A stretch of 64,000 nt of DNA from Eledone cirrhosa (Eukaryota). Shown here piece by piece: positions 1 to 13,300 of this stretch. Where the stretch lies: positions 25,730,001 through 25,794,000 of the forward strand of contig OZ024752.1 of assembly GCA_964016885.1 (NCBI GenBank). Direction: 5' to 3'. Under the pieces are notes generated by a model. It did no database searches. It saw nothing but the letters and a program-made list of their open reading frames with translations, and was not told the DNA's origin. The position numbers were made by a program, and so were the translations under genes. Each line of letters begins with the position of its first letter. Position 1 is the stretch's first letter.

Positions 1-333
1 TTGCATCATCACGTTATGTAATTGTGAATGGTTTTGAACTGGGTCATGAGTGAAGTCCGTCTAACAAAAACATAGAAGCATTTTCTATATTAAACCTCCG
101 TTGTCGTCACTCTACGTATGTATTGTGTACCTTATTTACTATGGATACCCCTTATTGTACTCGTATAAGTTGCGTTGATAAAGGGTAATTAGACAAGAGC
201 ACTCTACGTCAGGCGTATATATCCACCATTACTATGGCAATCAAAAGCGACGGAGTTTCTATATGAATAATGTTACATAATCGTATTTATTGCATGTGTA
301 TGTATGTATTTATGTATTTATGTATTTATGTAC

Positions 334-403
<70 letters not shown>

Positions 404-489
404 GTGTGTATGTTTGTGTGTGTGAATCCCGGGTTCAATCGGGGGTAACCACAGTAAGGTACTCAATACATAGTATATACAGTATTTTA

Positions 490-1020
490 TATATATATAT
501 ATATATAATTGGATACTTAGTAAAATCGAATCTCTGGCGGTGTGCAAGCAAATTCGGCCTACTATGTGAATGAGTTAGCAAAGCACTCGACAAGGTAGGT
601 CCTTAGAGTAATAACATACGTTTAAATAGCTTGACAAATTGAACATTGTGGTAGGTAAAATCTAACACACAATATACCAAAGTAACGAAAAAACTAACAG
701 GTTGAGAAAAATACACCTGGACAAATTAAACGTTATACGTTTAAAGTGTTTCTATGAATCCGAAATCAAATATCAGACTTACGTAACTGGCAAGCTCGTG
801 GTATTCATGATCGACAGAGGATTCAGTTCATCAACAGGTTTTCGTTCTACCAAAGAATGGGGCGAGAAGCTAAATGTTGCCGCTAGGTGCAGCATATCGT
901 CGCGTGTTATTTCCAGCAAGGGAAATAACCCCCGGTTTTTGGCGGGTCATTCAAAATGTTAGACAAAGGAAATATTATAATTTCCGCTAACTATCAGAAT
1001 AAGCTCTCGACCAGATGTTA
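490..1020 (-). mobile_element. Highly degenerate Penelope-like 3' remnant (possible GIY-YIG C-terminus plus pLTR)
   Basis: Minus frame reads HFE*PAKNRGLFPLL...ERKPVDELNPL, reminiscent of PLE endonuclease C-termini. It is followed by the ACTC..GAGTGCT hairpin (581-610) and bounded by microsatellites. Confidence 0.3.
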
Positions 1021-1027
1021 TTAAACA

Positions 1028-1092
<65 letters not shown>

Positions 1093-1103
1093 ACACACAC
1101 ACA

Positions 1104-1184
<81 letters not shown>

Positions 1185-1204
1185 TTATATATATATATAT
1201 ATAT

Positions 1205-1275
<71 letters not shown>

Positions 1276-1277
<2 letters not shown>

Positions 1278-1517
1278 AGGTCACAGAATGTGTGACGAAA
1301 GAACTTTGACAATATATAAACAACCATCTGGTTGTGGACCAACCAACCAACCGGAAATTTATAAATTCCTAAATTTATAAATTTATTATAATAAATTGAA
1401 GTGAAAGCAACTGGTGCATGTGTTTCTTATTGGCAACATGACCCTCCCAAAGTATAACAATATCGGTTTCAACACACGTTTTCAGATAAAGAATCTTGGT
1501 AAACAAATTCAGAAACG

Positions 1518-1520
<3 letters not shown>
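1276..1520 (+). mobile_element. Short (TA)n-bounded element starting inside a hammerhead core; paralog of 44005-44256
   Basis: AAGAGGTCACAGAATGTGTGACGAAAGAACTTTGAC and the downstream ~200 bp match 44071-44256. Confidence 0.7.
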
Positions 1521-1558
<38 letters not shown>

Positions 1559-1883
1559 AATTGACTGGTTATAACTTTGTATTGGATATCGAATAACGTG
1601 AAAACAAGCGGGTAGCGATCTCTAGACCTACCAGTTCAGAGAAACAATTGTCACCAATGAGATTAAAAACCTTTTTTGTATAGCAAACCGTGTCACTCTT
1701 CTTTCCTGATTTATCATTACTCAAAGTGTTTACAACATAGGAATTACAGCGTACTCGCAACATCACTATGGAAACGCCTTGTTGAGTCAAACTTAGCCAA
1801 GCGTTGATATCATCCACTACCCAGAGTACCATAACTGGACTACACTTAAGTGGACTACCTACAACAATAATCTGTTACCCTGT

Positions 1884-1964
<81 letters not shown>

Positions 1965-1967
<3 letters not shown>

Positions 1968-2370
1968 ACTCCGGATGTCGGTGAGCATGTCCAGCCAACC
2001 TCAGTCTCCTCTGTGTCACTTTTGAGCTGACTCTTGGGATGCTCCCATACAGCTCTGAGTTTTTCATCCTCAGTGTATACTGATTAATGTTCAGAGCCAT
2101 CCTCAACATTCTCGTGTAGCACCCATCCACCATCTGAGTGAGTTTCTTGGTCAGTGTCCAAGTCTCAGACCCATTGACATTGCACTCAGTGCTCCTTTGG
2201 GAGCCCCTGCATGGACACACTAGAAGAGGAAGACCAAGGTTAACATATGTTGATGCCCTAAGGACAGACACTGGTCTGTTGGAGATGCAGGATATGGCAG
2301 CGATAATGAGGGACAGAGACCGCTGGAGAGAACTCGTCCATGGATCTCGGGAATTTTACCCGCCTTAGAT
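1965..2370. mobile_element. RTE-type LINE 3' fragment with 5' inversion (twin-primed)
   Basis: Minus 1965-2173 encodes GSETWTLTKKLTQMVDGCYTRMLRMALNI...RLAGHAHRHPEL. Plus 2174-2368 continues LTLHSVLLWEPLHGHTRRGRPRLTYVDALR...stop. Confidence 0.85.
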
Positions 2371-2458
2371 AGATATATATATATATATTGGTAAAAGGAA
2401 AAGAAAATGCTGACAAATTGTTCCCAGTGAAAAATAGTTTAATTAGGAATAAGTAAAA

Positions 2459-2489
<31 letters not shown>

Positions 2490-2793
2490 TAGAGAGAGAC
2501 CGAGAGAGAGAGAGTGTGAGAGTGAGCGAGAGAGAGAGGGAGGGGGCGGGAGGGAGAGAGAGAATAAGGAAAATGCGAAGTTCGGTGTAGATATTAAAGT
2601 ATCCTTTAATATCAATGCTGTGATATATATTTCAATAACTATCGTGGCTACGTGATTGTTCAAATAGGTAACCGGTCACGCGATATCACCAGACAGCATC
2701 TTTATGTAATAATGTTACGTTAAGACTATCAACATTTCGCACACAAGGCATTTGTCAACCCTTAAACCCAAACATATGTATGAATATATATGC

Positions 2794-2824
<31 letters not shown>

Positions 2825-2901
2825 TGTATGTATGTATGTATGTATGTATGTATGTATGTATGTATACACACATACATATATATATATACACACATACATA
2901 C

Positions 2902-2934
<33 letters not shown>

Positions 2935-2947
2935 CACACGTACATAC

Positions 2948-2982
<35 letters not shown>

Positions 2983-2994
2983 CACATACATATA

Positions 2995-3042
2995 TTCTCC
3001 TAGAATTCTGCCTTGACAAAGGCTAAGGGGTCATCTCTCCCC
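2995..3042 (-). mobile_element. Internal fragment of the 610-bp family A
   Basis: TTCTCCTAGAATTCTGCCTTGACAAAGGCTAAGGGGTCATCTCTCCC is identical to 4153-4199. Confidence 0.8.
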
Positions 3043-3145
3043 ATATACACACATACATACATACACATATATATATATATATACACACACACATATATAT
3101 ATATACACACACATATATATATATATATATGTATATACACACACA

Positions 3146-3189
<44 letters not shown>

Positions 3190-3194
3190 TACAC

Positions 3195-3253
<59 letters not shown>

Positions 3254-3484
3254 TACACATACATACATATATATATATATATACATATACATACATACAT
3301 ACATATATATATATACACATACATATATATATATACACATACATACATACATATATATATACACATACATGCATACATATATATATATACACATACATAC
3401 ATATATATATATACACATACATACATATATATATATATATACACAAAGATACATATATATATATATACACATACATACATATAC

Positions 3485-3539
<55 letters not shown>

Positions 3540-3789
3540 CATACATAGATATATATATATATATACACATACATACATAGATATATACATACATACATAC
3601 ATACATATACATACATACATACACATATATATATATATACATACATACATAGATATATACATACATACATACATACATATATACATATATATATATACAT
3701 ACATATATATATATATATATATACATACATACATATATATATACATACATACATACATACATACATACATACATACATACATACATACA

Positions 3790-4253
3790 TGGTGGCTGCC
3801 AACTCGTTTTCGAGTACGGCCACTACTTTATATCCATGTAGGAGAACCCCTACCGATGCGCTGAACGAATGTGACTTTTTAGTCCAGCCAGCGACTTGAA
3901 AACTCTGGTACAAAGGCTACACTTGTGACCATTATTGACACATAGTGCAGGGCCCATGGTACCATGTGACGACAAGTGCAGAGAGATCTCCAGATATAAA
4001 GCAATACCTGTGCCGTGAAGCTTTTATAGTGAGCAAAGGCACTGCACAAAGCCAGTCCCACTCTCTTAACCAAGATGATATTTACCAAAAAGAAGAACAA
4101 GTCAACATCATTGGATACCATCAGGGTTGCAGGTGTTATATCAGAGTTTTCCTTCTCCTAGAATTCTGCCTTGACAAAGGCTAAGGGGTCATCTCTCCCG
4201 GTGATTTTGGATGGCCATTGACTCTTAAGAGTTCCTTTGCCCTTTGACAGGTT
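3790..4253 (-). mobile_element. Family A non-coding retroposon, 5'-truncated copy
   Basis: Near-identical to 7701-8310 in reverse. Keeps the terminal hairpin next to a long (CATA)n tail. Confidence 0.85.
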
Positions 4254-4269
4254 ATATATATGTATGTAT

Positions 4270-4423
<154 letters not shown>

Positions 4424-4445
4424 GTATGTGTGTATATATATATAT

Positions 4446-5041
4446 CCATGAGACAGGTTGTACTGTATCCCAGTACAACCTGTCTCATGGTCGGGACGTT
4501 GGCGACTAAACTGGCAACCCCACCAAGGTTTCTTGGTGAGGAGGGTGACTTTGGACATCCTGCAGGACTAAAAACAAAACCTGTCAAAGGGCAAAGGAGC
4601 TCTTAAGAGTCAATGGCCATCCAAAATCACCGGGAGAGATGACCCCTTAGCCTTTGTCAGGGCAGAATTCTAGGAGAAGGAAAACTCTGATATAACACCT
4701 GCAACCCTGATGTTATCCAATGATGTTGACTTGTTCTTCTTTTTGGTAAATATCTTCTTGGTTAAGAGAGTGGGACTGGCTTTGTGCAGTGCCTTTGCTC
4801 ACTATAAAAGATTCACGGCACAGGCATTGCTTTATATCTGGAGACCTCTCTGCACTTGTCGTCACATGGTACCATGGGCCCAGCACTATGTGTCAATAAT
4901 TGTCACAAGTGTAGTGTTTGTACCAGAGTTTTCAAGTCGCTGGCTGGACTAAAAAGTCACACTCGTTCAGCGCATCGGTAGGGGTTCTCCTACATGGATA
5001 TAAAGTAATGGCCGTACTCGAAAACGAGTTGGCAGCCACCA
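4446..5041 (+). mobile_element. Family A copy with a 20-bp 5' fold-back
   Basis: Body matches 7735-8310. Starts with the inverted duplication CCATGAGACAGGTTGTACTG-tatcc-CAGTACAACCTGTCTCATGG. Confidence 0.85.
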
Positions 5042-5053
5042 TATATATATATG

Positions 5054-5463
5054 GGGAGAGATGACCCCTTAGCCTTTGTCAAGGCAGAATTCTAGGAGAA
5101 GGAAAACTCTGATATAACACCTGCAACCCTGATGGTATCCAATGATGTTGACTTGTTCTTCTTTTTGGTAAATATCTTCTTGGTTAAGAGAGTGGGACTG
5201 GCTTTGTGCAGTGCCTTTGCTCACTATAAAAGCTTCACGGCACAGGCATTGCTTTATATCTGGAGATCTCTCTGCACTTGTCGTCACATGGTACCATGGG
5301 CCCAGCGCTGTGTGTCAATAATTGTCACAAGTATAGTGTTTGTACCAGAGTTTTCAAGTCGCTGGCTAGACTAAAAAGTCACACTTGTTCTGCCCATCGG
5401 TAGGGTTCTCCTACATGGATATAAAGTAGTGGCCGTACTCGAAAACGAGTTGGCAGCCACCAT
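5054..5463 (+). mobile_element. Family A, 5'-truncated copy in tandem with the previous one
   Basis: Starts GGGAGAGATGACC and ends GGCAGCCACCATGTAT. Confidence 0.85.
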
Positions 5464-5639
5464 GTATCTATGTATGTATATAGCCCCCCCCCCACACCTT
5501 TATTTATTTATTTATTTATTTATTTATGTACCCCACTTCCAATTTAACCCCTTATCAATGCGGTCCAAACCAAAGTCTCTTCTGATGACAGCCACCCCTC
5601 TATACTTATATCCTAATATCCTTATTTCCTTTATCTTTC

Positions 5640-6295
5640 ACCATCTCTCCCCCTCTCTCACACACTGCATCTCTTTCTCTCTGTCTCACATTCCCTCTCT
5701 CACACTCCCCCTCTCTCACATTCCCTCTCTCTCACATTCCCTCTCTCACATACTCCCTCTCTCTCACATTTTCTCTCTCACATACTCCCTCTCTCACATT
5801 CCCTCTCTCACACACTCCCTCTCTCTCTCCCTCTCTCACACACTCCCTCTCTCTTCCTCTCTCACACACACTCCCCTCTCTCTCTTCCTCTCTCACACGC
5901 ACTCTCTCTCCCTCTCACACTCTCCCTCTCTCACACCGCCATTTCATCTTCCCATTCTCCCTCTCCCTCTCTCCCTCTCCATTTATCTCTCTCTGCCTCT
6001 TTCTACCCCATCTCTCATTCTCTCTCTCCCCCTCCTTCTGCCACCTCCCTCTCTCCCCCTCTTTCTACTCCCCTCTCTCACTCCTTCTCTCACTCTCTCT
6101 TTTTCTCTCTCTCTCCCTCTCTCTTTCTCTATCTCTTTCTCTCTCCCTCTTTCTCCCCCTCTCTCACCCCCTCTGTCTCTCATCCTCCCTCCCTCTCTCT
6201 CTCTCATTCTTCCCCGTCTCTCACCCCTCTTTCTCTCTCTCCCCGTCTCTCACCCCCTCTTTCTCCCTCTCCCCCTCTCTCCCTCACCAAACCTT
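5640..6295. repeat. CT-rich low-complexity tract
   Basis: (CT)n and CTCTCACA-like repeats. Confidence 0.9.
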
Positions 6296-6414
6296 CACAT
6301 CTGGTAATGACCTCCTTCCTACGCTCCACCGACCATTACTAATGAGTTATTTCGGCAAGACGCGACCGAAGACATATCACTGGAATTGTTGCCGCTATTG
6401 CTGCGGCTGTTGAT

Positions 6415-7589
6415 GATAGTAGTAGTAGTAGTAGTGGTGGTGGTGGTAGTGATAGTAGTAGTGGTGGTGGTAGTGGTAGTAGTAGTAGTAGTGGTGGTGG
6501 TAGCAGTATTGGTGGTGGTAGTGGTAGTAGTGGTGGTGGTAGTAGTAGTGGTGGTGGTAATAGTAGTAGTAGTGGTGGTGGTAGTGGTAGTAGTAGTGGT
6601 GGTGGTGGTAGTGGTAGTAGTAGTGGTGGTGGTGGTAGTAGTGGTGGTGGTAGTGGTAGTAGTAGTGGTGGTGGTGGTAGTGGTAGTAGTGGTGGTGGTG
6701 GTAGTGATAGTAGTGGTGGTGGTGGTGGTGGTAGTGGTAGTAGTAGTGGTGGTGGTGGTAGTAGTAGTGGTGGTGGTAATAGTAGTAGTAGTGGTGGTCG
6801 TCGTCGTCGTGGTAATAGTAGTAGTAGTGGTGGTGGTGGTGGTAGTGGTAGTAGTGGTGGTGGTAGTGGTAGTAGTGGTGGTGGTGGTGGTGGTAGTGGT
6901 AGTAGTAGTAGTGGTAGTAGTAGTGGTGGTGGTAGTGGTAGTAGTAGTGGTGGTGGTAATAGTAGTAGTAGTGTGGTGGTGGTAGTGGTAGTAGTAGTGG
7001 TGATGGTAGTAGTGGTAGTAGTAGTGGTGGTGGTAATAGTAGTAGTAGTGGTGGTGGTCGTCGTCGTACTATTAGTAGTAGTAGTAGTAGTAGTGGTGGT
7101 AGTGGTGGTGGTGATGGTAGTAGTAGTAGTAGTGGTGGTGGTGGTGGTGGTAGTAGTGGTAGTAGTAGTGGTGGTAGTAGTGATAGTAGTAATGATGGTG
7201 GTAATAGTAGTATTAGTAGTGGTCGTCGTCGTCGTGCTATTAGTAGTAGTAGTATAGTAGTGGTGGTGGTGGTGGTGGTGGTAGTAGTAGTAGTAGCAGT
7301 AGTAGTGGTGGTGGTGGTCGTGGTAGTAGTAGTAGTAGTGGTGGTAGTAGTGGTAGTGGTGGTAGTAGTAGTAGTAGTGGTGGTGGTGGTAGCGGTGGTA
7401 GTGGTGGTGGTGATGATAGTAGTGGTAGTAGTAGCAGTGGTAGTAGTGGTGGTGGTGGTAGTAGTGGTGGTGGTGGCGGTGGTGGTGGTAGTAGTAGTAG
7501 CAGTAGTAGTGGTGGTGGTGGTGGTAGTAGTAGCAGTAGTAGTAGTGGTGGTGGTGGTAGTAGTGATGGTGGTGGTGGTAGTAGTAGTG

Positions 7590-7627
<38 letters not shown>
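6415..7627. repeat. Compound (GTA/GTG)n trinucleotide microsatellite, about 1.2 kb
   Basis: Interleaved GTA and GTG runs. Explains the poly-V and poly-T ORFs. Confidence 0.95.
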
Positions 7628-7700
7628 TTTTCTTAACGTCATTATTTCAGTCTAAGATAATTTGTATGTGTGTGTATGTATGCATGTATGTATGTATGTA

Positions 7701-8310
7701 TGTCAGGTCACCAGTTGGTGCTACTGGTAACATGTATCCCAGTACAACCTGTCTCATGGTCGGGTCGTTGGCGACTAAACTGGCAACCCCACCAAGGTTT
7801 CTTGGTGAGGAGGGTGACTTTGGACATCCTGCAGGACTAAAAACAAAACCTGTCAAAGGGCAAAGGAGCTCTTAAGAGTCAATGGCCATCCAAAATCACC
7901 GGGAGAGATGACCCCTTAGCCTTTGTCAGGGCAGAATTCTAGGAGAGGGAAAACTCTGATATAACACCTGCAACTCTGATGGTATCCAATGATGTTGATT
8001 TGTTCTTCTTTTTGGTAAATATCATCTTGGTTAAGAGAGTGGGACTGGCTTTGTGCAGTGCCTTTGCTCACTATAAAAGCTTCACGGCACAGGCATTGCT
8101 TTATATCTGGAGATCTCTCTGCACTTGTCGTCACATGGTACCATGGGCCCAGCACTATGTGTCAATAATTGTCACAGGTGTAGTGTTTGTACCAGAGTTT
8201 TCAAGTCGCTGGCTGGACTAAAATGTCACACTCATTCAGCGCATCAGTAGGGGTTCTCCTACATGGATATAAAGTAGTGGCCGTACTCGAAAACGAGTGG
8301 GCAGCCACCA
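7701..8310 (+). mobile_element. Family A full-length (~610 bp) non-coding retroposon
   Basis: Flanked by (TATG)n on both sides. Contains the RTE-5'UTR-like motif CTAGGAGA(A/G)GGAAAACTCTG and a 3' stem-loop TAGTGGCCG-TACTCG-AAAA-CGAGT-GG-CAGCCACCA. Confidence 0.9.
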
Positions 8311-8401
8311 TGTATGTATGTATGTGTGTATGTATGTATGTATGTATGTATGTATGTATGTATGTATGTATGTATGTATGTATGTATGCGTGTGTGCAAG
8401 A

Positions 8402-8507
<106 letters not shown>

Positions 8508-8552
8508 GATAAAGAACACAAGATCGTCTACAACATCAAAAGATTTTTATTG

Positions 8553-8597
8553 GCTTACAATGTTTCTTCCTTACGTAACCGTAGGATTCGTCAGAGC
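8553..8597 (-). ncRNA. Type I hammerhead ribozyme motif
   Basis: Minus strand: gct CTGACGA a-tcctacg-gtta-cgtaagga-a GAAA cattg TA agc. Stem I is only 3 bp. Confidence 0.6.
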
Positions 8598-9667
8598 TAT
8601 AAAAGGGGTTTGATTGGTGTTATGGACTCTACCAACCAAACATTCAAGAACAAAGAGTAAAGAGAGTAAAGAGCAAAAGTAGGGGACGATAAGTCTAATT
8701 TTGGTGCGGGAGGGTGGGGTGTGGGTCCTTGTTTACTAGCTGCGGTCATATTCATTCCCGGGAGTCGAGTGGTTAGCTGAACCATAGATGGGGTGGCGTC
8801 GATAGTATGGTGCAGAGGGTGTGCAGAGGCTACACAAACACAAAGGGCATACAATATATATATATATAACGGAGGAGAAAGTACATGAGGTAATTAGAAA
8901 TGGAAAAAGAGTAATAATAATAATCTATAATTAATAATGTATAATAAGGCATGGGGAAGATTACACTATAATAAGGTATAAAAGTAAGAATAAGGTAAAA
9001 TATAAAGTAGGATAAAAGTGAAAATAATAAAGATAAAAAATATATATGTAAAAAAATATATAGAGAATATATAAAGAAATATAAGCGAGTATTTGGAGGG
9101 GAAAACACAATGTAAAAAAACCGATTTTTTCAAATAAAAATAAAAATATTATAATTATGGGGGGAGAAAACGGGATAGAGAAATATGATCAAATGTAATT
9201 AGTTGAGAGAATATAAGATGATAACAGTTATGTCAAGTTTATACATCTTAATAATAAATAATCTGTATATCAGAGTTACAGAACCTTCAATTCACTTACA
9301 GGTTCAAGCCACGTGGCATAGTCCATTGTTTATCTGTGCGGTCATGTGCGTTTGTTTTTGACACCACAGCAGATGCACAAGTTCGTAAATTCCAATGCAG
9401 ATAGAAATCTATTTTTGCTCACCCAGGCATTGACGGAGGATCCAATATTCCTAGTTCAATATGTGTGTGGTGTTATTTTGGTCGCACATACATATATACA
9501 TATATATATATATAGAGACATATAGAGGAGACATGCATACGCGTATATGCATACACAACACATGAAACTACCAAGCTGAAACTTCGAAGTCACTGGGCTC
9601 TTTCGATTCAGAAAATAATATATACTCTCTATTTACAAGTATTGAGTGCTTATTCAGTTAATGTTTG

Positions 9668-9860
9668 AATGGTGGTGGATTGGCAGTATCGGTAGGGCGT
9701 CAGACACCATGCTTTGCAGCATAGAGTTTTGGCTCTTTACGTTCTGAATTCAAATCGTGCGGAGGCTAACTTTGCCATTCATCCTTACAAAGTCGATAAA
9801 ATAAAGTACCAGTAATGTACTGGGGTAATTGCTGGCCTTGTGCCAAAAGTAGAAACAATT
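9668..9860 (+). mobile_element. tRNA-type SINE (octopus-like)
   Basis: A-box-like TGGCAGTATCGG, B-box-like GAATTCAAATC, and a body CTTTGCC.TTCATCC..GTCGATAAAATAAAGTACCAG shared with several other copies. Confidence 0.75.
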
Positions 9861-9896
9861 ATTATATATATATATATATATACATATATACATACA

Positions 9897-9941
9897 TTCC
9901 TGATGATTTCATAGGAATGAAACAGTTCTAGTCCTATAGAA
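9897..9941 (+). ncRNA. Degenerate type I hammerhead (family of 14384)
   Basis: ttc CTGATGA tttc-atag-gaat GAAA cag ttctagtc cta TA gaa. Confidence 0.5.
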
Positions 9942-10080
9942 GGCATTTCAATATATGTAATAAAGATGCCTATATCTACCAATGTATTGAGTACCTTTTT
10001 TAACCGTTCTATTAAGCTAGACATGGCCCGGGCCAATAATGGGCGAAACCTATCAAAGTTATATATATATATATATATAT

Positions 10081-10301
10081 CAAAGAAAGTGTGGTAAGGA
10101 ACCGGGTGGACCATAACGCACCAGAGTACTCGATACTTAGGGTAGTAGAGTGGGTAATAGGAAAAGAGTCAGCACCCCGACGGCTGGGCTCCGGCCGTTT
10201 CGACAGCTAGATCCGAACTAAACCAGTACAACTGGTTTAGTTCGGATCTAGCTGTCGAAATGGCCGGAGCCCAGCCGTCGGGGTGCTGACTCTTTTCCTA
10301 T
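10081..10301. mobile_element. Family D (TA)n-bounded element with a ~70-bp-arm fold-back
   Basis: Inverted repeat 10157-10301 with one mismatch. The family recurs at 15537, 27105 and 27781. Confidence 0.8.
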
Positions 10302-10499
10302 ATATATATATATATATATATATGTAGAAGTTATATTTAATTTGTTGGGATACAACAAGCAAATATTTTTATAACTGATATAAAGCACTCAACAAATTTT
10401 TGGAGTAAAAATACAATATATTAACAAAATAGCTTTGGTGTCCTTGAAATATGTATAATGAAATAAATATGGTTTTATAAATATAGTTTCCATTTGTTA

Positions 10500-10531
<32 letters not shown>

Positions 10532-10683
10532 GCCAGTTCCGTCAACTTATATATATATATAAGTTGACGGAACTGGCATGGGTTTCACTGCATCTGAGCG
10601 TACTCAATAGGTAATGTTAAATAAACTCCCAGAGTAGACACATAGTTATTCTCTTCAATACAACGCGCGCGCGCACGCGCACA

Positions 10684-10714
<31 letters not shown>

Positions 10715-10812
10715 GTGAGTGCGTCTACGTGTGTGAAAGAGATATATTCGTTCTTAATGTTACAGTTGCTCATTTTCATAATTTATTATTATCCTCATCA
10801 TGTTACTAGTAC

Positions 10813-10856
<44 letters not shown>

Positions 10857-11269
10857 CTGGTGGTGGTGGTAGTAGTAGTAGCAGCAGCAGTAGTAGTAAT
10901 AGTAGCAGCATTATACCCAGTATAACCCAGCAGGTAGTTTCCCCACCCACCCCGATCTCACCACCATCAACGTCGTCACCTGACGACAACAATCATAATA
11001 ACGCTAATAACGACAACAACAACAACAACAGCAACAGCAACAACAACAACAATAATAATTATAATAATAATGTTAATAATAATTGTAGTGGTAGTGATTT
11101 GTTATTTTACACAAGGTTCAAGTTAATTAAAAAAGATGTCCATAAAACAAGTCTGTTCTGATCAGGGGTGAAGATAACGCCTGTTGCCGTCTGGTATAGT
11201 GAGTGTAAGAGGTGGAAGAGGGGAGGAGGAAGAAGGAGGGAGAGGAGGAGGAGGAAGGAGACACTTGTT

Positions 11270-11515
11270 GCCAACTTGTCTTCTTCTTTTCTTCGCCTAC
11301 ATATTCCTGAGAGGGTCGTAGGGGCAGAGTCCTCAAAAACTCCTTCCAGCGGGTCTTGTCAAAAGCAGCCGTCTCCAACTGATCCGGCTGGATCCCCAAG
11401 CGAGACCAGCCAAGCTCATGGATGTTATCCAACCATCTTGCTCGTGGTCTACCCCTGGGTCTCCTACCTGTTGGTTTCGCCCGTAAAATCTGTCCAGTGA
11501 TTCTTTCCTGCCAAC
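11270..11515 (-). mobile_element. RTE (Expander/Rex3-like) LINE 3' fragment
   Basis: RAKPTGRRPRGRPRARWLDNIHELGWSRLGIQPDQLE; paralog at 46180-46645. Confidence 0.8.
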
Positions 11516-11957
11516 TTGTATTTAACCTAACCACCGCCTTACATCACCTTACACCGCTCTACACCACCTTACACCGCCTCACACCACTTTGCACCACATT
11601 ACCACACATCACGTTTAATAAGCGACCACCGCTTCTTAAACGGCTGATGTATCTGACTAGTGACCATTTCACACTGGGAGAGAAAAAGGTCACGCTGGAT
11701 ACAAATTTCAAGCAAATACCAGAGCTTTTTCGGCCGCTTCCTCTTTGCCTCAGTCGCCGTCGAGAATTCAGGCTTCCTCGGACCCCGGACAGCTGACCTC
11801 CTCCGTAAAATTGGATAGAGAGGAGGCCGTCTGAACAAAGGAGCCCCACGATGTAGGGTGGCTGTTGAGGCATGTTGCGCTGGCCGTTGTTCGCGGAAAT
11901 GCCTTTGTCTTTTTTCTCCGATCTGACCAACGTGTTCGTCACCATCTCCTCTTCTCC

Positions 11958-12022
<65 letters not shown>

Positions 12023-12533
12023 TCTCATTTATGGCAATTATAGTCCTTATACTGCTTTCTTTTTTTTTTGTATGTTTAACCAAATAAAAATTTATCACTA
12101 AAAAATAAACTTATTTGAAAGAAATTGTGTGAAGAGGAAGGAGCTTAAAAAAAAGAAACATTGTCAGTGCTAAGAAGGGCGATAGCGAGGACTCTTGGAC
12201 CCAAATACGTCCTAATTTCCATGTCTTCATTGCCAGCGTTCTATTTAGGTAAAAACAACAACAACAAAGTCAAAAGGCTTATATGATCATCTTACAATCT
12301 TGATAAATGTTAGTAGAACCTTAGTAGAACCATATTCTCGGCATATAGACGAAACGTTTACAATATTAGTCTTTATATTCAATCGTGCTTTTATAATCAT
12401 GCGACAGAAGCCGTCAATATTGCTAATATTTTCATATCGATAATGTTTTATCAACGAAAAATTGGGAATTTCACGACATACTATGCTCCTTATTGAAAAA
12501 GAACTACTACAGGATTTGAAACCCATTTAGACC

Positions 12534-12627
12534 TTAAATTCCTTGCAATAAAGATAATTTTGACCCCTGATCCTTAATTTTGTGAGGAGCTTTCACCACG
12601 GTGGTGATGCGAAAACAGTCTTCTGCC
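12534..12627 (-). CDS. Candidate terminal coding exon of an unidentified host gene
   Basis: ttttgtag acceptor. Reads (G)AEDCFRITTVVKAPHKIKDQGSKLSLLQGI-stop, phase-compatible with 12924-13122. Confidence 0.25.
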
Positions 12628-12923
12628 CTACAAAATTTCTATCAGACGCGCTGATGGAGATATGCAATTAACATCACGGACAGGCCTTGCACATTCTGCA
12701 CATTCAAGGTTTATCATATGCTCATACATTGTCACCATTACGATCATCTCTACTACTACAACAACAATGACGCTATGGAGATCCTTTTCCAAGCGTCATC
12801 ATTCAATGACCCTCCTCACTAACATCTCCACTGTTCATTGCAAACTACATTACAGCTATCACTATCACCACTACAAATACCACTGTTACTACAACCATTA
12901 CCATTAATGTATTGACAACAAAC

Positions 12924-13122
12924 CCTTCTTCTGGATAGAATCCAATGGGGATATTCTTCCACTCTTTTCTCTTCGTGGCACTGACCTTAGTATTGTCGAG
13001 GTCAAGGCGCTGCAATTTCAGGTCCTCCGAATCTCCAGTGCATGGGTCACTGTCGTGACAAACGTTGGTGTGGTAGTCTTCCGGTCCTAATCCAACGTAG
13101 ATCAAAGCACCAAACTCGTTAA
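12924..13122 (-). CDS. Candidate internal coding exon of an unidentified host gene
   Basis: Strong acceptor ttttttctgtag, open non-repetitive frame NEFGALIYVGLGPEDYHTNVCHDSDPCTGDSEDLKLQRLDLDNTK...FYPEEG, and donor GG/gtttgt (alternative AAG/gtcagt). Confidence 0.4.
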
Positions 13123-13202
13123 CTACAGAAAAAAAGTTCTCCGAGTTTTTTCTTCTTTTTTTTTGGGGGGGGGGGGGGGGGGGGGGGATTATTTTTACAA
13201 TA

Positions 13203-13300
13203 TAATTGTTTCTACTTTTTGACACAAGGCCAACAATTACCCCAGTGCATTACCGGTACTTTATTTTATCGACCCCGTAAGGATGAAAGGCAAAGTTAGT
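13203..13300 (-). mobile_element. tRNA-type SINE 3' fragment
   Basis: Reverse complement of the SINE body and tail seen at 9770-9860. Confidence 0.7.

Noticed and set aside
3879-4184. Recurrent 79-80 aa ORFs in family A (MVSNDVDL..., MLGPWYH...)
   Set aside because: Present on both strands only because the copies are near-identical. They are not kept in families B and C and show no recognisable domain.
5429-6307. 292-aa Leu/Ser/Pro-rich ORF
   Set aside because: Low-complexity CT repeat.
6386-7655. Poly-Val and poly-Thr (mucin-like) ORFs
   Set aside because: Pure GTA/GTG repeat with frame slips and no flanking coding context.
9668-9760. tRNA-like A/B boxes
   Set aside because: SINE heads with no cloverleaf, so not called as tRNA genes.
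11559-12098. GC-richer island with overlapping ORFs on both strands
   Set aside because: No convincing splice sites or recognisable motif in any frame; left unassigned.
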